Assembly (NCBI GenBank): GCA_951406725.2
Contig: OX597827.1
Location: 79,670,001 to 79,734,000, forward strand
DNA: 64,000 bases
Direction of reading: 5' to 3'
From: Octopus vulgaris
Taxonomy: Eukaryota
Every line of letters begins with the position of its first letter. The stretch's first letter is position 1. The notes under the pieces were generated by a model. The model had not been told where the DNA came from, did no database searches, and saw nothing but the letters and a program-made list of their open reading frames with translations. Position numbers and translations under genes: made by a program. This document shows, piece after piece, positions 26,520-38,290 of the stretch.

Positions 26520-28730
26520 ATACATCAATGCATGCATATACATACACACACACCAACATGTCTATATACATCTCTAAATGCACCTATAGGTATAAATATA
26601 ACCTTATTTTTATATATAAGAATGTGTGTGCATATATGCACAACTCAAGCTTATATATATATATATATATATACATATAATTATTTAAATATCTGTTCCA
26701 CAGATATGATACATAGTTTATATACAAATACATTTATTCATCCTAACATACTTGTGCATAAACAAGTCCACATTTATTGCTATAAACTTTAAACATGTGA
26801 AAATGTATATTTGCATTAATAGAAACAAAACATATATACACAACCCCTAAACAGAACTATAAAAATATCTACACGTGATTTCCTGTTAACTTTTAATTAG
26901 TCACCTTTTATCTGACTTTAATTAATTTCCTATCGAAACGCAATATTCTTTCAATTCTCTGATTAGAAACAAGATATTCTTTAGCCACTATTATTTTCAA
27001 CACGCCAACTAGTCTTTGATATATGGTTCAATCTATTGTATAGAACTATTCAGAATGTCAGACCTAGCTCTAGTCAATTGTTAATTTTGGCTTGAGTAAT
27101 TCAATGATAAATTGTATAAAATTCTATAAATTTACAGTGAAATACATTTTTGATTTTATTTTACATTATCAGAATTTACTGATCAATGGGCATCTATAAA
27201 CTAATATAGTATTTCAGCTTTCTAAAGAAATATCAGATAAAAGTTCCGTGTTTTATTTTAACAGAGTATTGATTAAATAGAATTCCCAATGTCGGCCATT
27301 TTGATTGACTATCTCCCAGCTGTCAATGAAAGCTATGATTACATTATAGGAGACTGCAATATCTAACACTAGCAAGAGAGTCCTTTCCTTACAATCTATA
27401 GAACTCTGTCAGGTTTCATGACCTCAGTGTGGATTTCATGAATCCTACTCTTTGTATCACTGATGCTCTATTGTTAAGTCTTTCTGACTCAAACAAAGCC
27501 TCAGGCTAGCTACACAATGAGACTGAATTCTATGAAGACTTATATTACAGTAAATCAATAAACATCCCCAACAGCCAATAAGGGAAAAATCTCCTTAAGA
27601 TCTGGTATGACAGATAGTTTTCTGTAAACTTCCCTATAATAACATAGCACTCCCTCTTTCTCAACAAATTCATGTGGAAAGCTTTTATTATTTAATATTT
27701 TCCTATTCTTAAAGAGTTAGAGAAATTTCATTAATTTCTATTCACTTCAAAAATGAATGTTACATATAGATTCTGTGAAATTATTTTATTTTTTTTAGTT
27801 GTTTAAAAGCACTCTGTGAAAATGCATTTAACTGAAAAGTCAGAGATACTTATATGATTCTGAACATTTTCCCCAGTTTGAATGTTTAAAGTAGAAAAAG
27901 TAAATATATGAAATAAAATTAAAAAATAAATGTAAAAACTTACTTTCATTTTGTTTTATCCTTAGTTTTGAACTATGGTAGGCAACATATCCCAATGAAA
28001 GGCTTTACTGTTAGGGCAGTGTCCTGATCTTTGAAAGTCTGTATCATGACTTGGTGAAAGCCTATACTCTGTGTGTAACTTTTGAATCTGTGATTGAGTG
28101 AGAAAGTCTGTTAGTATTAACCTCTGACTGGTTGATTGTGATTGGTACTGAAAGATACTAGAAGCATCAATCCAACACTTTTAGCTTCTCTTATGAAATC
28201 TCTTACACCCACATAGTTGAACCAATCAAATCATTTATCTTTTACACAGCTAATTCACATGAAAGTTTGTGTATGCATGTGTGTATATATATATACATTA
28301 GTTCAACAAAACACACTTGATAGCTCTAAAATATTACTATTATTTGTGCACATCTAAGTGAACATATATGCATGTGAGTGTGGTTGAGTCTGTGTTTGAG
28401 AAAGTGAATAAATAAGATAGATAAGCACATTGGATATATTTAAATGTGTTATTCCTAATGACATACTATAATGGAGATGGAAAGAAACAGTTTAGTACAA
28501 ATGAATTTTGATACATAAATTTCTCCAAAGAAGAGAAATGATTACTTTCCTTCTCCCAATATGATAAGAATAAGATTGGTAATTTTTAAATAAAAATAAA
28601 AATCATTCTTTCAGGTATCATTTTTTAAATTCAAGACATTTCTCAAAAATTGAGTTTCCGGGAAGAGTATTTCTTACTGTTGTGTGTATATGTATAATGC
28701 ATGTGCTTGTGTGGGTATACATACATACAT

Positions 28731-28780
<50 letters not shown>

Positions 28781-29764
28781 ATTACTGAGAGATTCAGTAA
28801 TATCTCATTTTGAGCTAGAAATAAATAAAATGTGTGTGTGTGTGTGTGGGAAAGCAAAAGAACTATCAATATTTCATGTTCCCTTCCAGTTAGGGAAATA
28901 ATTATTTCATACATTATTTATTTTTCATTTTCAACTGTCTTCTATCTTTCTTCTACAGAACTGAGGAATACAGATGGGAAACATTGTAGTGGCTTTTGGG
29001 TTTCTTTTTATATATGTTTATTTTAACTTCTTTACATCAGTAATTGCAGTTCAGCTGTTTAATAATTCATGCAATTTCCCAAATATTTCTAACTCAGTGA
29101 ATGATAATTCTTTCTTATTCACTATTTTATATGATGTTGGTTTAGCTGCACAAGCTTAACAAATACCACTCTCATAAATATACTAAACACACATACATTC
29201 ACATTATACACTTCAAATCTTTTACAAATATCTGGTGTGTGTGTATGTATGTATGTATACACTTACACATATATATATATATGCAAAAAATATGAATATA
29301 CACACAGAAACACACAGGTTTTAATGAATGTGGAGAGCATTCATGCTTTCTTTGAATTAGTTTATTCATATCCATTTTATTAATTCTATTTCTTTTCCAA
29401 TGTGGTAAAAATTAGATATGACCTTTAAGAGTCTATATACTGAGCGAAAAATTTCATGTATTGTTGTCCCTCAAACCCCTGCCATCTTGTATATTTAAAA
29501 GTATGTATAAACTATATTTGAAAGGAAAACTTGAAATATCTTTGAAAAAAGAACATGATAAAAAAAAATCAAATCCTTTTATTCTGCGAGATTGGTTCTC
29601 TAAAGTTGCATTTTATGTATTTTTATTTTTCATCCTAAATTGAGTCTTTTTCTTTTTCTCTCTGCATTTAAAAGAAACTGACTCCAACAACACAGAATAA
29701 AACATAGTAAACTATATATATATATATATACACATGTCTATGTGTCCTTGTGTGTGTGTGTAAC

Positions 29765-30205
29765 GGATAGACCGAGGAAGATGTGGGATGAAGTGTGAGA
29801 AAGGATCTACAGACGTTGGGGCTCACAGAGGGGATGATAGGGGACTGACACTCCTGGCAGTTTTCTATGCTTGAAAAGACATGTCAAGCTAAGTAAAAAG
29901 CATGGTTGCCCTTGCCTACAGGCCATGTGTCTCTTGCATCCGTCTCCAGTTGAGCATTCCTAACCTTGCAAGCTCATGGGTGCTGGGTTCCACATCACAA
30001 GCATTCATACTGGTGCAACATAAATGCACCTATGCTGGGGCTATCTAAAAGCACCTGGTACACTCTGTAAAGTGGTTTGCATTAAGAAGGGCATCCAGCC
30101 ATAGAAACCATGCCAAAACAAACATGGAGCCTGGGCAACTCTTCAACTGGCCAGCTCCTCTCAAACCATCAAACCCATGCCAGCATGGAAAATGGACATT
30201 AAGGG
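29765..30205 (+). mobile_element. Older RTE 3' end (ORF terminus plus 3'UTR)
   Basis: agaccgaggaagatgtgggatgaagtg (RPRK.WDEV), short gcacc modules, aagaagggcatccagccatagaaacc, catgccagcatggaaaatggacattaa. Confidence 0.75.
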
Positions 30206-30337
30206 TGTCATTGAGACACAAAGGTGTCAGGTAATGCTGAATAAGTGCTATAGATAGACCATAGTTAAGTTCCAGGTTCTGTGATTTTGCAAATAAGGGG
30301 TTCAACGTTGGTCATATGTCAGCATGTGAATATAAGA

Positions 30338-30618
30338 ATTTTTTGCCTAATGAGATATAAAACCAAGGCTGTGTAGATATTAGAACATTTAGAGATAGAA
30401 GGTCTTACAGCTGTTTCCAGGATATTTATTAATTATATCCCTTCATTGGAGTCGGTGTGAGAGGATGGTTAAGTAATAATAAGTAATAACTATCCTCTCA
30501 CACTGTCTCCGATGAAGGGATATGATTAATAAATATCCTGGAAACAGCTGTAAGACCTTCTATCTATAAATGTTCTAATATCTACACAGCCTTGGTTTTA
30601 TATCTCATTAGGCAAAAA

Positions 30619-30620
<2 letters not shown>
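30338..30620. mobile_element. ~280-bp near-perfect palindrome, Penelope pLTR-like, carrying a hammerhead-like motif
   Basis: Arms 30338-30471 and 30487-30620 with a ~15-nt loop and few mismatches. Confidence 0.85.
30505..30556 (+). ncRNA. Minimal type I hammerhead-like motif (CCGAUGA core variant)
   Basis: gtct-CCGATGA-ag[ggatat..atatcc]tg-GAAA-cagctg-TA-agac: stem I gtct/agac, palindromic stem III cagctg, GUA triplet. Confidence 0.62.
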
Positions 30621-30679
<59 letters not shown>

Positions 30680-30959
30680 AAAAAGAAAATGGAGAAACTG
30701 ATGTATAGACATCAGTTTATTTGATGCACAATATATATATATATGGTTAATGTGAGAGACAGAAGAAAGGAGAAACTCAAAAACCACTACAATGTTTCTC
30801 CATTTGTATTCCATCTTCCATCTCTCTCATTAACCAAATACAGAATGAACACTGCGAAAGTGAATGTGCTTTACTGGTAAGCTATAAGGTATATACCATA
30901 TGTCTTCTAATCTCTAATGCTCAGGAGGCTCCCTTGAGTTAGTGCATAGTTTGTGCTAC

Positions 30960-31325
30960 TTAGGTAACCAATTAGTTATTGGTGGATACTCTGAAAGTAT
31001 TGTTTTTAGAATAAAAATAGGATGGAGGAAGCTGAGACAGCTACTTTTCTGTTGACAACAGAAGGACTCCCTCTCAAAGGGAAATGTAGATTGTGTATGA
31101 ATGTCTATACTCCATGCTAGTGAAACATGGGCTGTGGATGCAGAGGACATGCATAGACTGGAGAAGAATGAAGGCAGTATGCTTCATTTGCAGCATTAGT
31201 GTGCAGGACCAACAAAATGCAATTGTGCTGAGACTTAGGAATTAAATGTGCCATGCTGGAGAGGAGGATGCGTTGGTTTGGACATGTGATGCTTATGAGT
31301 AAAGACAAGCTGTATACAGAAGTGG
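30960..31325 (+). mobile_element. Decayed RTE C-terminal fragment
   Basis: ctccatgctagtgaaacatgggctgtggatgcagaggacatg (LH.SETWAV.AEDM) and tggtttggacatgtg (WFGHV). Confidence 0.75.
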
Positions 31326-31747
31326 GATCTTTTCTAAAAGATGGACAGAATTTTCTACTTAACTAAATAATTTGAAACTTCGTATACTGGTAGAATGTGT
31401 CAAAAGAAAACATTAATTTCAGTTAGTTTTTTGAGAAATTTAACCAATCTTCAAATTTTAACCAATCGTATTCTCTGTTTTGACCTCAATTTATTTTCTG
31501 CCGTGTTATTCGTCCTGATCACTGTCTTCTGTCTTCAAAAGCTTCTCGCATGTTTATTTCAATGTCATCCCTGACTTACGGAATGATTACCTGTGTGTTT
31601 TTGTTGTGTATGTGTGTGCGTGTGTGTGTGTTATTGTTGTATCACCACACCTGTTTCTGTCTCCTTTCTTGTACTTCTCTCTTCCTTCTATTTCTCTTGT
31701 CTCTCTTCCTTCTATTTCTCTTGTCTCTCTTCTCTCTGTCTGCGTAT

Positions 31748-32185
31748 GCAGGGAAAGGTTGAAACAGTTAAGACTCTACTCCCTGGAGAGAAGACAGGAG
31801 AGGCATGCAGTAATATATATCTGGAAGATCCTGGAAGGAATTGTGCCAAATTTTGGCATTGAAAGCTACACCAATACCAGAACGGGATGACACTGCATAG
31901 TGCCAAAGGTCACAGCAATGCCATCACACTTCAGGACCAGTTACTGCAACAGCCTGGGTTTCAAGGGCCCACAGCTTTGTAATATTCTCCCAAAGAGTCT
32001 GAGGAACTTGCACAAAGTAGATGTAGCGGTTTTTAAATCAAAGCTGGACCTCTTCCTGTCGAGAGTCCCACATGAACCTACCTAACGGCAAGAGGTGCAA
32101 ATGAGGGTAGCTATATCAAACTCCTTGCTTCACCAAGTGCGACATATTAGAGGAGGCTCTTAGTAATAACAGCAAAACAGCAGTG
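31748..32185 (+). mobile_element. CR1-like LINE C-terminal fragment (second CR1 family)
   Basis: ERLKQLRLYSLERRQER..IYIWKIL and NILPKSLR..FKSKLDLFL. Confidence 0.85.
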
Positions 32186-32187
32186 CA

Positions 32188-32950
32188 TCAGCAAAATCAA
32201 GGTATATTACATCCACATTTGATTTGTTCAGTAACTGCCTCAACATCCAGTCATAATGTTGCAAGAGATGGGTCAGGCAGCTTCTACCTGGTCGAAAACC
32301 ATGCTGGATATCACTCAGCAAGTTATTTTCTTCAAGGAATGCAATTAGTTTCCTTCTAACTATCCGTTCCTTGACTTTGCTGATGTGTGAAGTCAGAGAG
32401 AAAGGCCTATAGTTTTTGGCATCTGCTCTACTTCCCCCTTTATGTATTGGGCATATTATTCCCTCCTTCAGCTTGCTTGGCAGTTTGCCATTTGTAAGAA
32501 AGCTCTGAAAGAGAATCGGGAGGGGTTTTGCCAGGGCATGCTTACACGATTTGAGGAGGATTGCTGGGAAACCATCAGGACCAGCAGTTGAGATTGTGTC
32601 CACTTCATCTATGGCTAGTAGTATATCTTCTTCGCTTATGTCAATGTATTCCATCATAACTGTCTTGCTGGTTATAGTGAAAAGAAGTCCACTGGTTCGT
32701 TCACTTGTCTGTGTTCCAATGGGGTGGTAAAGACACTTTTGAACTGGTCATTCAGTATTTCACTGATCTTAGTTGGACTGTCTGTGAGGGAGCCATCCTT
32801 TTGAAGGAGGGGTCCTATCTTGCAGTGTACTGAGGCTGTTTCTTTCGTGTATTGAAAGAACGCCTTCAGGTTTGACTTAATGTTTTTTATAACCCAGGCG
32901 TTTTTGTCTGCTTTCTCCCTCACATAGGATTGTTGCAGCCTTTTTTTCAA
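32188..32950 (-). mobile_element. CR1-like LINE fragment (linker to N-terminal RT)
   Basis: AGPDGFP, PIHKGGSR...NYRPFSLTS, QHGFRPGRSC, DVIYLDFA, ILNDQFKSVFT. Confidence 0.9.
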
Positions 32951-33439
32951 TTATATATACAGAGAGAGAGAAAGAGAGACAGTGTGAGAGATGTATGTAT
33001 AAAGGTAGCAAATGCATAAGCAAAAATGTTTAGATACACTCATATATGAGACATAAGCTATTTTTATTTTTAAAAGTGATCAATGATATATATATATAAA
33101 TAGAATTTTCTTCCCAAGTCACTGAACTGTTTTGACTCTGTTTTTCATTACTACTCTTTGACTGGGACAGCTCATCTCATTAGAAAACTAAAAGAAGATA
33201 ATTTGTAATTGAAAGATTAATTTTTACACTCTCATATTCGTATTTTTGTTACTAGTCATTGCTGTTTTTATATTAGCATTATACTTTTTGTTAAGAATGC
33301 TTGTACAAGTTAATTCATTTGTCTTCAAAAAACGTTTCAGTTGTTTTAGAAGGACCCTCTTTGCTATTCCTTTATCAACAGGAGAAATTAGAAAGCTAAG
33401 TTTGTTTTAATGTTTCATATATGAAACCTTGAAAGGAAA

Positions 33440-34240
33440 GTTCCATTACTTCAATAACAGCATCCCAGGTGTTTGTTAAATCCAGGGAGGACATGTTTCC
33501 CAACTTTAGCCACTTTGTGAGGGACCCATGTAAGTCCTCCAAAAAGACCCTTGTCACAGCCTCCTTCATCTTCTCAATGTCTTTAAAATGACTGTCCCTG
33601 AGGTTCTCTTTCAGTTTGGGGAACAACTAAAATTCACAGGAAGCAAGGTCTGGACTGTAGGGTGGGTGAAGGACAGTTTTGATAACCATCTCTGTCAAGC
33701 AGTTGGTGACCAAGATAGAATTGTGGACTGGTGCACTGCACAAATTTTGTTCATGTTCAGATCTTCATAAATAATTCCATGTGCAGTTGCCATACTGACT
33801 CCAAACTATGCTTATTATCTTTATAGATACAAAACAGTCTTCATCCAGAAAATTGTGAATTTTCTGAATCATCTCTGATGTTCTGACATCCCCATCCATT
33901 CACACCTCTCATTGTTTCTTAACTCCTCTCAACCATCCTTGAACCACTTGTGTCAGTGAAAAAGTTTAACCATAAGCAGTCTGGAACATCATAAATTTCT
34001 GTAGTATTTTACCCAGTTCAACACAAAGCTTTACATAGCATAGAAATCTTCCAAATGACCCAAATGCATTCTGAAAGCTAGTCAGCTGTGACAAACGGTG
34101 TTTAGTTGGGCGGGTTCAAAGTACTGTTTCAGCCATCTTCAATCTGGAATAACAAGAGTTGGCAGGTCAGCTTATTAAATTTATTGTAATGATATTCTAA
34201 AATTAATATAATCTAGGACAGTTATAACTGCCCCTCCTTA
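33440..34240 (-). mobile_element. Decayed mariner-like transposon
   Basis: ccctacagtccagaccttgcttcc (PYSPDLA) followed by FPKLKENLRDSHFKDIE; boundaries approximate. Confidence 0.65.
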
Positions 34241-34250
34241 AAATTACATA

Positions 34251-34710
34251 TCATCATCATCATCATTTAGCGTCCGTTTTCCATGCTAGCATGGGTTGGA
34301 CGGTTCAACTGGGGTCTGTGAAGCCGGAAGGCTGCATCAGGCCCAGTCAGATCTGGCAGTGTTTCTACGGCTGGATGCCCTTCCTAATGCCAACCACTCC
34401 GTGAGTGTAGTGGGTGCTTTTTACGTGCCACCCGCACAGGTGCCAGACGGAGCTGGCAAACGGCCACGAATGGATGGTGCTTTTACGTGCCACCGGCACG
34501 GGGGCCAGGCAAGGCTGGCAGCGGACACGAACGGATGGTGCTTTTACGTGCCACCAGCACGGAGGCCAGACGGGGCGGCGCCGGCAATGGCCACGATCGG
34601 ATGGTTCACTTAACCACAGCTGCAACTTCCACTGATGTTGATTGACCTCAATTTTGGTTCTGCTTTCTGATATCTGATTTGATTTGGTTTGATTTTCATT
34701 TTCATTTTGA
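34251..34710 (-). mobile_element. RTE 3'UTR fragment with 3 modules and (GAT)n tail
   Basis: Same terminal motif and tacgtgccacc modules as 38291-38790. Confidence 0.88.
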
Positions 34711-34859
34711 TTTTGACTGTTCTCACTGGTCAACAAAGAATTTTTAAACAAACAATATATTGCATATTTAATAGTTTGCTACATGCAAAAATTTATGGGT
34801 GTTATTCAAGCACAACTTTGTCCACTTAGTTTATAAATTGTTGTCAGATTTACTCAGCT

Positions 34860-34980
34860 GAGTAAGTTGGAAAATGATAAAAGACAAAATTGACCTCAGC
34901 AGGATTTGAACTTGGAACATAAAGATCTGAAATAAATTGTAAAAGTTAATTTGTCCCATGCTCTAACAATTCTGACAGTC
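34860..34980 (-). mobile_element. Degenerate copy of the 35352 SINE family
   Basis: aaagacaaaattgacctcagcaggatttgaactt...ctctaacaattctgacag. Confidence 0.5.
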
Positions 34981-35079
34981 TAAATAGCAACATTTAGCTT
35001 CATGTCCATTTGGGCAATGCAATATGAAACTTTTACCTTACCATTCCCTCTATTAAGCCTCATGATCGTGGTTATATGG

Positions 35080-35187
35080 ATGAGAATGTAAGAATGTTGG
35101 TCTATGAGAATGTTGGTCTATGAGAATGTTGGTCTATGAGAATGTTGGTCTGTGAGTGTTTGTCTATGAGAATGTAGGTCTGTGAGT
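35080..35187. repeat. 16-bp minisatellite, about 6 copies
   Basis: tgagaatgttggtcta repeated with variants. Confidence 0.9.
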
Positions 35188-35351
35188 CAGTTTCCAACCA
35201 GAACACTTATACATAAATATAGCATATATCACATTAGATGATGAACAGAATTGAACAGTTCAAAATGTTTTGGTTTATAAAATTGAAAAATAATGAATAG
35301 TCTGGGAAGTTCCATCCATTAATGTATTATCATTATATTTCAGTCTATAAA

Positions 35352-35570
35352 GGGTAGGGAGCTGGCAGAAAACGTTAGCACGCCAGCAAAATGCTTAGCT
35401 GTATTTTGTCTGTCTTTACATTCTGAGTTTAAATTTCACCAAGGTTGACTTTGCCTTTCATCCTTTCAGGGGTCGATAAATTAGGTACCAGTTGTATGCT
35501 GGGGTTGATCTAATTGACTGGCCCCCTCCCCCAAAATTTTGGGCTTGTGCCTATAGTAGAAAAGAATATT
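35352..35570 (+). mobile_element. Second tRNA-derived SINE family
   Basis: Head gagctggcagaaaacgttagc, B-box-like gagtttaaatt, central gactttgcctttcatcctttcaggggtcgataaattaggtaccag. Decayed copies at about 7990-8065 (+) and 38020-38145 (-). Confidence 0.75.
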
Positions 35571-36580
35571 TCAGTCTATTTTATTATAATATTGATTTCA
35601 TCCATTTAAGTCGTTGAAGAAGGAGTGTCTGAGTGTGAGAGAAGCAAACAGTATCTGCATCAATACCAAAATAACCAATCAGCAAGCGATGATTTTTTTT
35701 AAAAGGATGTAATCTGAATAGAAAAGGATACCTTATTCCTCTCCTGACCCTTCATGATGGAAAGAGAGGAATAATTATTTGATTTATTTTATTCTATATC
35801 ACAATTGATGAGCAGTTGCATTGCTGATTACAAACTTATAAATAATGAACTATAACAGGTCTGTTACATTTCTGATGGCAAACTTGAAATGAGAATATCT
35901 ATAACTGAGTACAGAACAAATATTGCAAGGAAATTCATTTGAAATGCACTGGCTTTTTTTTTGGCAATTTACTCACTGATGTTTATATACTTTGCTAATA
36001 TTCAGGGTAATTTAGAAGTTCTTTTAACATATAAATGATGTTTAGAAATTTGATTTTTTATTTTGCCATCATTTAAAAAAATATATTTTAAATACTATCT
36101 TTGCTATTTTTATTGTAAATATCCATTGATATATATAGTTTTTTTTTATATATATTTTAGAGGAACATCATTATTAAAAGATGGGGGAATATTCATTGTC
36201 CTAAAAATGGTATATTAAGATAACAGTAATCCGGTTAAATAGTTTAGGTGTCCTTATTTTTACTATCTGTGGTGGTCCAAGTAGCAGGCAATAAGAATGG
36301 TACAGCAATGGACCTACCTGCTATCCCAGAATTTCTGAATAGTAGCAGTCAATGGAGACAGGGGAGTATACTGGGATTAGAAGGGGTTTAATGAATATAA
36401 GGAGGAGGTGGGCAAAGATTATAGCAAAGGAGATAGGAGGGAGGGATAGAGAGAGGAACAATAAAACAACCAGATACAAAGGCTCTCCTGACTTCAAATA
36501 ATCTTGTTTTATATCAATGCAAAAGGAACTTTTGAATCATCTGCATAGTGATGAAATAATTATACATATAATTATTATTA

Positions 36581-36747
36581 TAGGTGCAGGAGTGGCTGTG
36601 TGGTAAGTAGCTTGCTTACCAACCACATGGTTCCGGGTTCAGTCTCACTGCGTGGCATCTTGGGCAAGTGTCTTTTGCTATAGCCCTGAGCCGACCAATG
36701 CCTTGTGAGTGGATTTGGTAGACGGAAACTGAAAGAAGCCTGTCGTA

Positions 36748-36790
<43 letters not shown>

Positions 36791-36991
36791 TTGTGTTTGT
36801 CCCCCTAGCATTGCTTGACAACCGATGCTGGTGTGTTTACGTCCCCGTCACTTATCGGTTCGGCAAAAGCAACTGATAGGATAAGTACTGGGCTTACAAA
36901 GAATAAGTCCCGGGGTCGATTTGCTCGACTAAAGGCGGTGCTCCAGTATGGCCGCAGTCAAATGACTGAAACAAGTAAAAGAGTAAAAGAG
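36581..36991 (+). mobile_element. Full-length young tRNA-derived SINE (CORE-like) with internal (TA)n
   Basis: A and B boxes, CORE-like segment, tail gtaaaagagtaaaagag; CpGs retained. Confidence 0.9.
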
Positions 36992-37355
36992 AAATATCTA
37001 CAAGCAATACAATATACATATAACCCAGCTATCAGTGGCCTGCCTGTCACATGTATCTCAGAATTGATGAGAATGTTGCATATGTTAGTACTAAAGCCAG
37101 AGAGTAACAAAGTAATACTTTAGTAGACTTCAGAAATTGCGTCAGAGTTGGTACTTATTCAGTATGGCCATATATCATATTCAGTAAGACCATATACCAT
37201 GATGTTTTTGCAGTGCCAAGGGTAGTATTGACATCTGTGTTACTAAATTAAACTCAAGAAGAGATCCAAAATTAGGATATACTGTAGCATCTCTTGTCCT
37301 TCACTCACTCGAGGACGTTAAGTGTGTCTCAGCTTGTGATTGTAACAAACATGCA

Positions 37356-37387
<32 letters not shown>

Positions 37388-37394
37388 TAATAAC

Positions 37395-37900
37395 AATAGA
37401 AAATTGGTATGAACATGAACCAGAAGCTATGATAAGAAATGAAAATTACAGGATTTCATGGGACTTACCCATAAAGACTGATCATAACTACTGAAGCAAG
37501 AAGACCGAATGTGATTAGAGAGGATGAAATAAATAAACGTCTGCAATTTCCTATGATAACAGAGTTGATACCAAAGAAATTGAAAAAAATTGAGAAATGG
37601 ATGTAGCCAGAGAGCTGAAGAGACTGGAAGACTAAGGTAACAATTATTCCTGTGGTTATTGGTGCACTTGGCATAATGAAGTCTTGAAATTATTAAAAAT
37701 AGATGAGAATATACTTACATACACACATATGTACTGCACATTCATATACGCATGGCTCCTGTCAGTCACTGCTGACCATGCATCTGCACATGTATGTGCA
37801 GGCCTGGGCAATAACGCTTTGAAGAAGACTAGCAGTCATCTATATACACAGAACTCTCTGCATGATCTCGGATTTCTATCCAAGATCTCTGATTTGGGTG
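37395..37900 (+). mobile_element. Decayed R4/Dong-like non-LTR fragment (restriction-like endonuclease region) next to (TAA)n
   Basis: WYEHEPE..ENYRISWDLPIKTDH, EARRPN(D), PYDNRVDTKEIEKIEK and IIPVVIGALG across frameshifts. Confidence 0.75.
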
Positions 37901-38290
37901 AACATAGCTCAACATCAGTGTTGTCAAGGGTGTTGTTGTCAGAATACAAATGACCAGAACAAATACTGCAAGGCCATTCACTGAAATCTCTTACAGTTTT
38001 ACCAACCTACTTCGTTGGATTGGTATTATTTTATTGACCCTGAAAGAATGAAAAGCAAAGTTGCCCTTTACAGGTTTTGAACTGAATGTGTAGATTTGAA
38101 AACCTCGATGCATTCTATACAACACACTAATGATTCAACCAATTTATCACTTAACAAACACTTGCATACATACAGACTTGTGTATATATATATGTATGTG
38201 TGTGTGTGTAAATATATTTTTTCTGTAGTTTCAGCTCAGAGCTGCGGCCATGCTGATGCACCGCCATTGCTTTTCCACAATATATATATA

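Noticed and set aside
21073-26792. Many YIYI/CVCV/HTHT ORFs
   Set aside because: Translations of dinucleotide microsatellites.
36585-36655. tRNA gene
   Set aside because: The A/B boxes belong to a SINE head with no full cloverleaf and continue into the SINE body.
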